DNA of 64,000 bases from Mobula hypostoma (taxonomy: Eukaryota). Of the stretch, positions 36,751-49,881 are shown in pieces. Within the stretch, counting starts at the first letter, position 1; every line of letters starts with the position of its first letter. The notes beneath the pieces are model-generated. The model ran no database searches. It worked only from the letters and a program-made list of their open reading frames with translations, and was not told the DNA's origin. The position numbers and the translations under genes are program-made. The DNA is taken from NCBI RefSeq assembly GCF_963921235.1, contig NC_086097.1, positions 12,462,001 to 12,526,000 of the forward strand, in the 5' to 3' direction.

Positions 36751-37789
36751 AGTCATATTACAGTAGTTAGATGCTAGCACCTAGATATTGTCAATAGCTC
36801 AAGGATGGTCTTTATTTTTAAAATGTTGCTTTTCACATTATATGGAGGTAAGTCCTCCAGGTACAATTAGTTGCAATTAACTCGGCTGGGAATAAAAGAA
36901 TAAAATTGCTTTAGAGGTGAAGAAATATGCGACACCACGACCTTATTTTGTCCTCTCCCATAAACTGCTGTTTACCAAAGAAAATAATTATAATGACAGA
37001 AGTATAGAACAATACAGGAACTTTAAGGAATATTGCAGGTTAATGAAGTAATTTACCAGATTTACAAAATTCGTGCTTCTGTATTTTTCCAGATCAAGTG
37101 GTAAAAGCAAGGTTAGAAATATTATGACAATATTATTTATGCTGTTCTGCGGGAGCTTAGTCATATTTACTGTACATCCTGCCTCCTAGAACTGGCAACT
37201 GTTTACATAAGACAGCAGTGAGATTGGCAGTCGGCATTGTATTCCCTCTCTGACTCAGAGGTGTTGTTAATAATATGGGGGCCTGATTTTTCTATCTGAC
37301 ACAGAGAGGGGAGGCAGTGGGTAGGATTTAGTGTCGTGGGATTGTTAACACCCAACTGAGAAGTTTACAGTCTTAGCCAAAGGATAATTGCCTGCAGTTT
37401 CTTCACGAAGCCTTACAAGTACTGAGTGCGAACTCTGTTTCTGCATGGATTTATGCTGACCATTTGTAGGAATTATGGTGGGGTGGGTGAGTACGTTCCA
37501 CATGACTTTTTTTTAAATGTATTCTTCTATTAGGATTTGGATGTCACCAACAAGGCCAGTATCTCATGTCCATCCCTAACTACCCTTAAGAAGGTGTTAG
37601 TGACAATGTTCTGAAATTGTTGTGGTCCTTCTTCTGCTGCAACAGAGCGTAATGTAGAAGATAGAACATTGCACAGTACAGCACAGGTACAGACCTTTCG
37701 CCCCACGGTCGTGCCAAACTAATTCAGTTAGTCATTGGTTATTAATCCCGTCTCCCTAAGCTATGTCCTTATTCTTCCATTTTCCTCAT

Positions 37790-38358
37790 ATTGGCTGGCT
37801 GAATCACAGTCTGGGATGGAAGCACCAATGCTCTTGAATGGAAAATCCTACAAAATGTAGTGGATCCAGTCCAGTCCGTCATGAGTAAAGCCCTCTCAAC
37901 CATTGAGCACAGCTACATGGAGCACTGTCGCAGGAAAGCAGCATCCATCATCAGAGACCCCCACCACCCAGGACATGCTCTCTTCTCGCTGCTACCATCA
38001 GGAAAAAGGTACAGGAGCCTTAGAACTCACACCGCCAAGTTACCACCCTCAACCATCAGGCTCTTGAACCAAAGGAGATAACTTCACTCAACCTCTCTTG
38101 CTTTGCAACCAATAGACTCGTTTTCAAGGACTCTTCATCTTATATTCCCTAAATTTATTGCTTATTTATTTATTTTTATTGTTCCTTCTTTTGGTATTTG
38201 TGCAGTTTGTTGTCTCATGATACCGGTTGAATGTTCTTGTTGGTTGGTCTTTCACTGATAGTTATCATTCTATAGATTTGCTGAGTATGGCCACTCTCAG
38301 GGTTATATATGATGACGTATATGTACTTTGACAATAAAATTTACTTTGAACTTTGAAC
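37790..38358 (+). mobile_element. Rex1/Babar 3' fragment
   Basis: KAASIIRDPHHPGHALFSLLPSGKRYRSLRT; (actttga)n tail. Confidence 0.88.
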
Positions 38359-38589
38359 ATGCATGTGCGAATCTAAACGTCTCTTAAATGTCCCTGTTGT
38401 ATCTGTCTCTGGCGCCAACCCAGGCAGCTGATTCTTGACACACACTCCTCTCTGTGTAAAAAAAACTTGCCCCTCACAGGTGGTGGTGTACCTCCGTACT
38501 TGCTGCCTTGTCCCTTCTTGGGTAGTCGACATTGTGGGTTTGGGAGGTACTAGCTCGGTAACTGCTATCTATTTTGCTGGTGGTAGAGA

Positions 38590-39205
38590 CAACAGGCCCA
38601 GTGTACAAAAGGTTTATAGAATATGAAAACAAAGATATAATCTTAAGGCTTTATAAGGCTTGGAGTATTGTGAGCTGCTTTGGGCCCCTTATCTAAGAAA
38701 GAATGTGTTGACATTGGAGAGGGTTCAAAGGAGGCTCACAAAAATGATCTGGGATAGAAATGCTTATCATATGAGCAGTGTTTGATGGCTCTGAGCCTGT
38801 ACTCGCTGGAATTTAACAGAATGAGCAGGAACTCTTTGAAACCTATCAAATGTTGAAAGGCTTAGATGGAGTGGATGTGGAGCGAATGTTTTCTGTAGTG
38901 GGGGAGTCTGGTACCAGTGGCCACAACGTCAGAATCGAGAGACATCCATTTAGAGTGGCGATAAGGAGGAATTTCCTTAACCAGAGGGTTGTAAATCTGT
39001 GGAATTCATTGCCACAGGTGGCTGTGGAGCCTAAGTCATTAGGTATACTCAAGGCAGAGGTTGAAAGAGTCTTGGTAAGTCAGTTGTGAAAGGTTACTGG
39101 AGAAGGCAGTAGAATAGGGCTGAGAGGGAAATAGATCAACCATGATGAAATGGTGGAGCAGACTCGATGGGCCAAAGGGCCTAATTCTGCTCCAATGTCT
39201 TAATG
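38590..39205 (+). mobile_element. CR1 3' fragment
   Basis: ORF 38850-39089; tail ctaattctgctccaatgtctt. Confidence 0.88.
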
Positions 39206-41646
39206 TCGTACGGAATGAAGTTTTAGGGTGATGACCAGAATACCGCTCCATTAGATTGCTCTAGTCTTGCTGGTTTTGAGCTTCCTGAAATTTGGACCAT
39301 CCTTATATAGGAAAGAGGAGAATGCTCCATCACAACACTGACTTGTGCCTTTTCCCTCACACACCTCCTATGATGTATATATTTATTTATTTATAGGTAC
39401 AGTGCTGAACGGGCCTTTCCCCCAATGAGACACACTGCAAGCACCACACTGATTTAATCCTAGCCTAATCACAGGAAAATTTACAATGACCAAATAACCT
39501 AATAACCTACCAATGTTTTGAGCCAAGACCTTCATCGGGACTGAGGTATAGAAGAAATTATATAGAACATAGAAACTGTAGCACAGTATGGGAACTTCTG
39601 CCCCTGATGTTGGCCAACTACTTAACCTATCTAAGATCATTCTAAACTTTCTCTCTCACATAGCCCTCTATTTTTTTTATTATCCATCAAATCAAATCAA
39701 GTTTAATTATCAGTCAACCATACATGGATACAACCGAAAGAGACAGTGTTCCTCTGGGGCTGAGGTGTAAAATATGCACAGCACATACAAAATAGTGATT
39801 AAAGCAAAACATAGTCACACAAGAAAACACATATATAGCCCAAGACCGTGAGTGAAATGTCCTGCAAATTGATGGTACAGTTCCTGGCAATCCAGCCTGT
39901 CATTGCACTGACCGAACACTGGAGGGCAGCCCGCCCAAATGAGCACGGATGCCATGCTGCACCGTCCTGGTGTATCCTCACTTGGACTGCAGCAGCAGGC
40001 AAGCCCACAGCTTAAGGCCTAGTCTTCGCTACAAACATTGCATCAAATATTATATTGAGGTAAGTGGGGTTCCTTACATTGCCTTCCTCTCCAGAACATA
40101 TGGATTCATCTAAATTGCAATATTGTGCACAATGCATTGAGTGTACTTGGTCACGTGCAACAATTCTCAAAGTGCCACCAACTAATGTGACATATGTAAC
40201 ATTATAGTAATATGTATCATTTGTAACATCATAGAAAGTTCGAGGGTGTCAGGAGGTGAATCATTTGTCACAGGATAACCAACTTCATACCTGCTATTGA
40301 AGCCACAATATTAATGACCAGTTGTGTTCAACAATCATTCTAATTGCTTGCATCCATCATCCTCTTATTGCTACCATCAAAGAAGGTATGGGTTTCTAAA
40401 GACACACACTCAGTGTTTTAGGAGCAGCTTCTTCCCCTCTGCCAACAGATTTCTGAATCTATGTACACAAACCCACTTTTGTTTTACTGTTCTTGCTCTC
40501 CTAATTTAATTTAATTTTTAAAAATATATTTATTGTAATTTATAGATCTTTTATTATTATGTAATGCAATTTACTGCAGTCACAAAACAACAAATTTCAT
40601 GACATATGCAAGTGATATTAAAACTGGTGGTGGCAAGGTGTAGATATATCTCTACCAAAGGTGGAGTAAGGCGCTCCTTCCCTCTGCTAGCCAGCAGGTC
40701 ACCCTTGGGCAAGGTGTAGCACCAGATGAGCCCCACGATCAAGGTCACACAAAGCCATGGGAGTAGATGATGCATGGTTGTGTGAGCAGTTGGTGCATAT
40801 CACAACACCTGGTTATGCGACCACTGATATCAGGCAATCTGCAAAGAGTATTGATAATGTTTGGGGTCACCTGTCTTGTAAAGACACTGCCCAGAAGAAA
40901 TCCATGTCAAACCACTTCCGTAGAAAAATTTGCCAAGAATAGTTATGGTCACGGAGACCATGATCACCCACGTTATGATACGACACATAACAAACGAATA
41001 AACCTAAATGACATTAGGGAATATGGTGATAGTTATGCTATCGAATGCCACAGATAGTAGTTAGGTTATCTTTTCATGTTTGTTATGGCTGTCACTTAGC
41101 AAAAGTGTCATATGATGTCACGGATTTCCCTCATCTTGAAATGAAAGATGATTCCCCTGCAGGAAGCTCAGGACAGTTTTGCCCTTTGACCTGTCTCAAG
41201 GAAATCTTTCCCACTGAGCATGGTCAATCTAATGGAAGAAGTTAGAAAAGTCAATGGGAGCATGGGCAGCTGAAATCTGAGTCTTGTTGCTTACTCAGAA
41301 GATGCACAATGAAAAATTCAACAAGAACATGGAGAGCATGAATCAAAATCAAATGGCATGCATCAAAGGCTCTGAGTGGAATGTTAACCTGAAAGTCAGC
41401 TTGCTGGAACATCTGTCTCTGTGATCAGGCAGATCTTGTGTGGGAGAGGCTGTGTCATAGGCATGCAGCATTCAGCTGAATAATCAGATCCAACATTCAT
41501 ATCCCATGAGTTTTTGGAAGAGGAAATATTCACTCAAACCTTTTCAGGGTCAAAGGTTCTTCCCTGAAATTCTAATCTGTACCGTGTAGTCTGTAAATGG
41601 GAGCTTAACCCCATTACCACTCCAGCTATAACAACCTTAAGTTTCT

Positions 41647-42941
41647 TTAAGGTTGTTATAACCAGTGGTGGTAATGGAGATAAGCTCCCACTACATATTA
41701 AATCCTCCCAGTGGCATGCAAATCTTGTGCAGGATACCCTAAAGGTTAACCTCCAGGTTGTATTGGTTATGAAGAAGGTGAATGCAATGTTGGCATTTAT
41801 TTCTAGAGGTACAGAATATAAGAGCAGGGATGTGATGTTGAGGCTCTCTAAGGCACTCGTGAGATCACACTTGGAGTATTGTGTGCAGTTTTGGGCTCCT
41901 TATTTTAGAAAGGATATACTGACATTGGAGAGAGCTCAGAGAAGATTGACAAGAATGATTCCAAGAAAGAAAGGGTTACTATATGAGGACCGTCTAGAAG
42001 CTCTTGGGTATTCCCTGGAGTTCAGGAGAATGAGGGGTATCTCATAGAAACATTCTGAATGTTAAGAGGCCCGAACAGATTAGATATGGCAAAGTTATTT
42101 CCCATTATCGGGGAGTCTAGGACAAGAGGGCACAACTTCAGGATTGAAGGATATCCGTTTAGAGCAGAGATGTGGAGAAATTACTTTAGTCAGAGGGTGG
42201 TAAATCTGTGGAATTTGTTGCCACGAGCGGCTGTGGAAGCCAAATCATTGGGTGCATTTACGGCAAAGATAGATAGGTTCTTGATTAGCTAGGGCATCAA
42301 AAGGTATGGGGTGAAAGCAGGGGAGTGGGGATGACTGGACGAATTGGATCAGCCATGACTGAATGGCGGAGCAGACTCGATGGGCTGAACGGCCCACTTC
42401 TGCTCCTATATCTTATGGCCTTATTGTCCTAAATAGCCTCTGATAACCATCTCCTGGCCTTCACATGTGGCTTAGATATTAAGCCTGGTGGAACCATTTC
42501 TACTGACAGGAGAAGGGGCAAAGGTGGATTACTAATGCCTTAAAACCAATCGGTTCGGGCAGATGGGGCTTGTCAGCCGTGGTTGGCAACTCATCTAGGC
42601 AAAGGAAATCTCAGAACTCAAGCTTTTGCTGCCTTGAGGCTGTAGCCACTCATGGGGAAGGTTTCAGGTGTAAACCCCAAGGAAACGTCTGGAGCTGGAG
42701 TTCCTAAGGCAGTCCTACTTTGAGTTCAATGCTGACTGGCTACTCCTGCCACGCTGCTAGTGTCCAACTGTGTCCATCTCTGCTGTTCCTTCAAACTCAT
42801 CAGATGCGTGGAAAGGGAAAGATTGCTACATGGGCAACAGCTTGTTCTCCATATCATACTGCCCATAATTGCATGTCTGGACTGTCTATCTAGACAGCCA
42901 GGACGCATCATCCATGGTCGACCTCAAATGATGGAGGCCTC
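41647..42941 (+). mobile_element. Family A RTE-type element split by a CR1 insertion
   Basis: 41647-41720 and 42430-42780 align with 21286-21360 and 21360-21710; different 3' tail, shared with 48167-48300(-). Confidence 0.75.
41721..42428 (+). mobile_element. CR1 3' fragment
   Basis: ORFs 41727-42047 and 42059-42292; tail ctcctatatcttatggccttat. Confidence 0.92.
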
Positions 42942-43329
42942 AGACTGTGTCTTTGCTTACAAACACATTGTAACACAGAGTTACAGGGGGAGCTTTCATG
43001 AACTAGAAGTTTTGTCCCAGTGCAAAAGAGGTTGAGGGGACATTGTGGCCAAAAGGGCCTGTTTTATTCTGTATCTCTAAAACAGATAAATAAAAACAAA
43101 AGGGATTTTTTTCGCTCAGATAGTGGTGAGAGTGTGAAATGAGCTGTCAGTGGAAACGGTGGCGGGTTTGATTTCAATATTGACGAGAAATTTGGATAGA
43201 TGTATGGATGGGAGGGCTATGGAGAGCTATGTTCAGGTACAGGTAGATGGGATGAGGCAGACTGATAGTTTGGTACAGACTAGCTTGCGTGCTGCAGTGC
43301 CATGTCTCTCTTGACTCTATAATTCACCA

Positions 43330-44582
43330 TTTATTCCATGGTTCACTGTCATCTTCCCTCAGATTCTTTCTTCTTTAGCCCTCTACCTATTCAACCTTTC
43401 ACCTCCCACCAGTTTTTCAATCCCCACCTTCCCCCTCACCTGATCTCATCTGTCACCTACCAGCTTGTACTCCTCCCTGCCTCCCCCAATTCTTTTTTTG
43501 GATTCAGCCCCCTTCCTTTCCAGTGCTGATGAAGAGTCTCAGCCCAAAACATTAACCATTTATTTACCTCCATAGATGCTGCCTGATCTGCTCAGTTTCT
43601 CCAGTATTTTGTATGTCCTGCCCAAAATCTAGATAGTGCCTTTCACTACCTCAAGGCATCCTACAGTGCTTTGCAGCTCATAAAAAATTATGAAGCAATA
43701 GCACCAAGCACATTTTCCTCCCCCCACCCACCTTTCTGCTTTCCGCAGGTATCACACCCTACGCAACACACTTGTCCATTCGTCCTTCCCCACTGATCCC
43801 CTCCTGGCACTTATTCTTGCAAGCAGAACACGTCCTACACCTGCCCCTACGCCTCCTCCCTCACTACCATTCAGGACCCCAAACAGTCCTTTCAGGTGAG
43901 GCGATATTTCACCTGTGAGTCTGTTAGGGTCATTTATTGTATCTGGTGCTCCTGGTGTGGCCTCCTGCACATCGGTGAGACCCGACTTAGATTGGGAGAC
44001 TGCTTCTCCGAGCAACTACGCTCTGTCTGCCAGAACAAGCGGGATCTCCCAGTGGCCACCCATTTCAATTCCACTTCCCATTCCGATATGTCCATCCCTG
44101 GCCTCCTCCACTGCTGCAATGATGCCACACTTAGGTTGGAGGAACAACTCCTTATATTCCATTTGGGTAGCCTCCAACCTGAAGGCATGAACATCGATTT
44201 CTCAAACTTCTGGTAATGCCCCCCACACTCCCCCCGCCCCCATCACCATCTCCCATCCCCTTTTCCTTCTCTCAGCTTATCTCCTTGCTTGCCCCATCGC
44301 CTCCCTCTGGTGCCCCTCCCCACTTTTTCTTTCTGCCATGGCCTTCTGTCTCTTTCACCAATCAACTTCCCAGCTCTTTACTTCATCCCTCCCCCTCCAG
44401 GTTTCACCTATCACCTTGCGTTTCTCTCACCCTTCTCCACCCACCCCCCCACAACATCTTTTAAGTCTACTCCTCAGTTTCTTTTCTCTAGTCCTGCTGA
44501 AGGGTTTCGGCCTGAAACATCGACTGTATTTTTTTCTATGGATGCTACCTTGCCTGCTGAGTTCCTCCAGCATTTTGTTTGT
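43330..44582 (+). mobile_element. Penelope-like: upstream pLTR (43330-43620), then GIY-YIG region and downstream pLTR
   Basis: ORF 43896-44216 VIYCIWCSWCGLLHIGET...VATHFN...EEQLLIFHLGSLQPEGMN; hammerhead variants at 43521-43557 and 44490-44525. Confidence 0.9.
43896..44216 (+). pseudogene. GIY-YIG endonuclease domain of a Penelope-like element
   Basis: VIY..CxxC..(Y/H)IGET, His motif and terminal G-M-N motif; upstream RT is absent. Confidence 0.88.
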
Positions 44583-44867
44583 GAAGCAATAGAATAATAT
44601 TCTTGTTAACTTCTGCTAAACTAAAAATCAAACAGTGTCTGAGACAATATTCTAGTGCATGGCTCTATGATTCTGGATAACAGCTCACAGAATTATTCCA
44701 CTCTAGGAGGGAAGAGCAATGAGGCCCCATGCTCCTCCTTTTCCTCATTAGCCTCTTCTGATTGTGGAGAAAATCTGCAGTTACATGAGCTGGAATCTTC
44801 CATTACACAGCTGTGCAGAGCACTTGTTAACAGGTTTATTTAACTCTGCTGTTCAGATTCATGGGTG

Positions 44868-45150
44868 CTTTTCTTTCTCTCTCTCTCTCTCTCTCGCTTT
44901 CTCTGTAACTCACTTACTCTATCATTCCCACAAAACTTCTCTCTTTAACTCTCTTTTTTCTGTCTCTCTTCTTCTTTCTTTCGGTTTCTGTCTCTTTGTA
45001 TCTTTATTTCTCCCTTTCTCTTCTTTTCTCTCTTTCCCTCTCTCTAAAAAACTTACTCTCTCTTTCTCTCCTTCTTTCTTTCTTTCTTTCTCTTACTCTC
45101 TTTATCTCTCTCCCCCCCAACCTTCTCTTTTTCTCTATCTTTCTACATTC
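44868..45150. repeat. CT-rich low-complexity / (CT)n tract
   Basis: Almost entirely pyrimidines on the + strand. Confidence 0.9.
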
Positions 45151-45889
45151 TCGATTTGCTTTGGTGATCACAAATCTGGCTCTTACAGGCTAACTGCCTC
45201 TGTTTTATTAATTTATTGAGCTAATTGGAAATCCTTATTGCTGCTATCAGTCTAGCCCTGGTGGCCAATTAGAGGGTTGGATACCTTGTATGAACAATAG
45301 GGTCAATCTGCCCACTTGCACTTCTTGCTGTCAATGTCCATGCTCGGATTTATAGCTGGTGAAGGATTACTGTGTTTTCCTTTGAAATGTTGGGGAGCTT
45401 CCTGGGTTAAACTGAGTACATATAAAGACCATGATCACCCACATCATACAACACGGCACGTAATGGTGCCCACAGTTCAATTTCATCCTGCTAGAAACAA
45501 ACAGTGCTGGGATTATTTTTCACAGCATTAATTAGTCATGACTTTCTGAAAAGGGGGCAGGATTATTTGTTTTATACTTGTTTTATGACACCAGGGATTA
45601 TTTGATAAAGACAACACTAGGCAAGGTGAAGAATGGTAAAGCTTCCTTCCAGCCCCGAGGAACAACTATAAAAGGGAGTAAGAGGACTCCAAGCACCTTG
45701 TGATCACTTGCCCAGCTGTTGATCTCAACATTCTCTTAAACAGCAGCCTTGAGCCTGCTGGCTTGCTGACAGTGACTGTACTTCAAAGAGCTTCTCGCCA
45801 TGCTTGACTTTAAAAAAAAAACTGCCAGCTGTGAAAGAGCTCTCAAGCTGACACCCTTCAACCAGTGATACGTGGATAAGAACTGGAAG

Positions 45890-46180
45890 AAGGAAAACCT
45901 TACATTTGAGGTTCTTTGATGACCTCATTCCCCAAACAGCCAATGAAGCATTTTTGAAGAGTTCTCGCATTGTAATGTAGGAAAAAGAGACAGCCAATTT
46001 GCACACAGCAAGCTGCTGTGAGATAATGACCAATTTGCCTGCTTTAGTAATGGATTTTGTGCGAGGGGTAACATTTTGGCTAGGGAGGACATTTTTTCTG
46101 TTTGAAATAGTGACTTGTAATCTTTTATATCAAACGGACAGTTAAGATATTCATTGTCTGATATATCCCCAGCATCAAGG
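45890..46180 (-). mobile_element. Ancient Deu-domain SINE remnant (SacSINE1/AmnSINE1-like)
   Basis: cagccaatttgcacacagcaag...gataatgacca...gaaatagtg...tctttta matches my recall of the reverse-complemented Deu-SINE. Confidence 0.6.
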
Positions 46181-46546
46181 ACACCTTCAAAAGGCTATGG
46201 CTCAGAAAGGTGGCATCCATCATTAAGGACTCCCATTACCCAAGACATGCCCTCTTTTCATTGGTCCGGTAGGGAGGAGGTACAGGAGCCTGAAGGCACA
46301 CACTCAATGTTTCAGGTATAGCTTCTTCCCCTCCTCCAGCAGATGGGGCGGCATGGTAGCATGGTGGTTGGCACAATGTATTACAGTACAGGTGACTCGG
46401 GTTCAATTCCCACCACTGCCTGTAAGGAGTGTGCCTTCTCCTTGTGATCATGTGGGTTTCTTCTGAGTGCTCCAGTTTCCTCCCACAGGCTAAAGACGTA
46501 CCGGTTGGTAGGTTAATTGGTCATTGTAAATTGCCCTGTGATTATA

Positions 46547-46850
46547 GGCATCTGTTAGTCTCATGAGACTATGGATTTGCGCCTTGGAAGGTTTTCAAGG
46601 TGCAGGCCTGGGCAAGGTTGTATGGAAGACCAGCAGTTGCCCATGCTGCAAGTCTCCCCTCTCCACAACACCGATGTTGTCCAAGGGAAGGGCATTAGAG
46701 CCGATACAGCTTGGCACTGGTGTCGTCGCAAAGCAATGTGTGATTAAGTGTCTTGCTCAAAGACGCAACACGCTGCCTCAGCCAAGGCTCAAACTAGCAA
46801 CCTTCAGATCACTAAACAAGCGCCTTAACCACTTGGCCATGCGGCAACAC
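46547..46850 (-). mobile_element. tRNA/CORE SINE with RTE-type 3' region, nested in an HE1-like SINE
   Basis: Colinear with 6141-6452. Confidence 0.85.
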
Positions 46851-47212
46851 ATTGGACTGGGATTAAATTGCTGGGTGGCGTGGCTCAAAGGAACAGATGC
46901 ACCTATACCAGCACTGTATCTCAATAAATAAAGAAATAATTTTAAAAATGGATGATAAGCCCATGCACACGTATACTACCTCACTTTTTTATGATTACAT
47001 ATTGTAATGTACTGCTTCCACAAAACAACAAATTGTATGACAAGTGATATTAAACCTGACTCTGATTCTGGTATATCACAAGAAATTGAATTGGAATTAG
47101 AAATCCTTTATTATTGTCACAAGTACTGAGATGTGGTGAAAAGCTTGTCTTTCATAGTATATAGAACATGGAACATGTTAGAGACACAAGAGTCTCTGCA
47201 GAACCTTTAGAG

Positions 47213-47291
47213 CAGTGTTTCCCAACCTCTTTTATGCCATAGACCAATACATTAAGCAAGGGGTCCCTAGACCCCAGATTGGAAACTTCTG
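47213..47291. mobile_element. 79-bp hAT/Charlie-type MITE
   Basis: Imperfect TIRs cagtgtttcccaacct/agattggaaacttctg; perfect 8-bp TSD ctttagag at 47205-47212 and 47292-47299. Confidence 0.85.
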
Positions 47292-48166
47292 CTTTAGAGC
47301 TAACGAATAACTCTAATGTTAAGTAGGAAAGATGGGACCATGTACATTTACGTAAACATGCGCACAGAGCACATTCATTTTCATGCCTGTATGTTCCAAC
47401 TTACCACACTCCAGCCTTTGCCTCCACCTTCGTCCTCCCCTCCCCAGCTCAATTTATCTACCTGTCTTTTCCCATTATCTGCCTCCATCAACTTGTGATT
47501 CCCAACTCCATCCATTTCCATCCCCTACCTTTCTCCATCTGCCTTTCATCCTTCACCCTTCCACTGTCCACTCATCATCCACTGGTCCCACCTCACTTCT
47601 TCTCCTCTCCTCCTTCACAGGCTATCCTCCCTCTCTGCTCTCAGGCTTGAGTTTCTCCAGCAGATAGTTTGTTGGTTTCAATTCTAGCATCTGCAGTCTT
47701 TTGTATCTATAGACATGCGTTTGAAGAACACACTGTACATCAGTGATAATTAATCTGATTCTGATTCTGTGCATACACGTGTCTTTGTATACGACAACAA
47801 ACATGACTTTGACTTTGAATTTATGATCTTGGTTCTAGATTCCACAGATGAGTGATATTTTCCTTCTATGCACCCTTTTAAGCCTTGTAAGAATTTTGCA
47901 AGTTTCACTGCTTTCATTAAAACACAGCTTCTGAAACAATCCACTTTCTTCAAGATGGTAGAAAGGGCTTCTCTTTGCAAAGGCAGGACCTTTGACTGTG
48001 CAAGTCTCCCTTCAAACTGAGCTAAGGTATCAGAGTTAGAATCAGAATCAGGTTTATTATCACTGGCAAATGTCATGAGATTTGTTGTTTTGTGGCAACA
48101 ATAAAGTGCAGTATGTAAAAAATATATAAATTATAATTATATTGTTTAAATTATAATTACATTGTT

Positions 48167-48712
48167 GAGGTCTCTGTCGGTTAGGGTCGACTGCGGATAT
48201 TGCACCCTTGCTGTCTAGATATGCAAGCCTGGCCAGTGCATTGTTGCCCATGTAGCAAGCTTCCCCCGCCATGCATCTGATGAGCCCAAAGGAATGGCAG
48301 AGACTGATACAACTTAGCACCAGCAGCATCGCAGGAGTTGCTAGTCAGCATTGAATTCAATAAAGGACTGCCTTAGGGAACACCAGCTCCAGATTTTTAC
48401 CTCGTGGTTTACTCCTGCAGCCTTCCCCATGAGTGCGTATAGCCCCAACGCAGCGGAAGTTTGAGATCCGAGTTTTCCTTCACCTAGATGACCTGCCGAC
48501 CATGGCTGACGTGCCTCCATCTGCCCAAAGTGGCTGGTTTTAAGGTGCCCATTCTCCTGTCAGTAGAAATGGTTCTGTCAAGATACATATGAAGGCCAGG
48601 AGCTGGACTTGGTTGTCAGAGGTTATTTGAGTTGCACGCCATTGAGAGCATTTAATAGGTAGCGGAAGCCTATCCCCATTACCACCCCTGGCTATGACAA
48701 CCTTAAGAAAAA
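48167..48712 (-). mobile_element. Family A RTE-type element
   Basis: Reverse complement aligns with the 5' part of 21282-21912 and with the 3' tail at 42780-42941. Confidence 0.75.
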
Positions 48713-49481
48713 TTATGTCCTTCCTTTTCTTGCCATACGTCCACATTGCCTGATAGACTCTATCCCTGTTCCTGTGAGCATTGCACCTGCTCAGAGTGGC
48801 CATTGTGATTGTGCCTGAGTACAGCAGAAGCATTAGCTATTATTACAGGAACTTACAGACAATTGCCTGAGCTTAGCCAAAGACAGCCCAATGCTCAGCC
48901 GCAAAACTCCCTGTTCCATGGGGAGTTTGAAACTTGAATAAGGACACACAACTACACCACTCAGGCTTCACCAGCTAAATTTTCTGGCGGTTCTCATTTT
49001 GTTTGAGACTAAAAGGCAGCATTCCATCATGACTCCTTGTTTATATGGGTAATTTAGTGTGGATTCGCCACCTTAGGTCAGCTGGCTAAATGCCCAACTT
49101 CGCATTCAAGCGAAGCAAAGCACAAATGTTCTGCTTTAGTAAGTTTGCCTTTTAGTAATTAGACCAGGAGGAGGCATTAGGGGCTGTATTTGGGCTTTAC
49201 AGTCTGCAGAAGAAAGCAGCAGAAAGGGCTAATTATTGGCCTGCCATTGTCTGCTCGGAGACATTTAGTTAAAAAAAAATCAAATGATTTTGTTTGCTTA
49301 ATGACAGATGGAGATCACTTTCACATTCCTAGAGCATTTGACTGTCTAAAATGCTTTAGGATAATAAAATTAAATTAAGAAGGACAATTGTTATGAATGT
49401 CAAGTGGGATCATTTTCCAAAATATTATATTATATTGACCATTTATGGAGCTGTTTTCTAAATGCAGTACAAGTGTGTATA

Positions 49482-49550
49482 GAGTACTGTACAAAGGTCT
49501 CAGGCACACATATCTATAGCTAGGGTGCCTAATACCTTTACACAGTACTG
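49482..49550. mobile_element. Tc1/mariner-type mini-MITE
   Basis: TIRs agtactgtacaaaggtctcaggcac/gtgcctaatacctttacacagtact flanked by TA; sister copy 51859-51958. Confidence 0.7.
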
Positions 49551-49881
49551 TAGTAATTTTATGTATTGCACTGCACTGTTGCCACAAAAAAAAACTTATT
49601 TCATGACATATGTGAGTGATGATAAGCCTGATTCTGATATGGGTTTCTATTGTGAACTGAGAGTGGGAATGGGGCAGGGAGAGGGAAATCATGGTTGAGA
49701 AAAGGAGAAGGGAGAGGGGAGGGAGCTGGAAGCACCAGAAGAAGGGTCTCAGCCCGAAATGTCGACTGTTTACTCTTTTCTATAGATGCTGCCTGACCTG
49801 CTGAGTTCCTCCAGCATTCTGTATGTGTTGGTCTGGATTTCCAGCATCTGCAGACATTTTCGAGTGTGTGATTGTCCACCA

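Noticed and set aside
44764..45219. 151-aa hydrophobic ORF
   Set aside because: Translation of a CT microsatellite.
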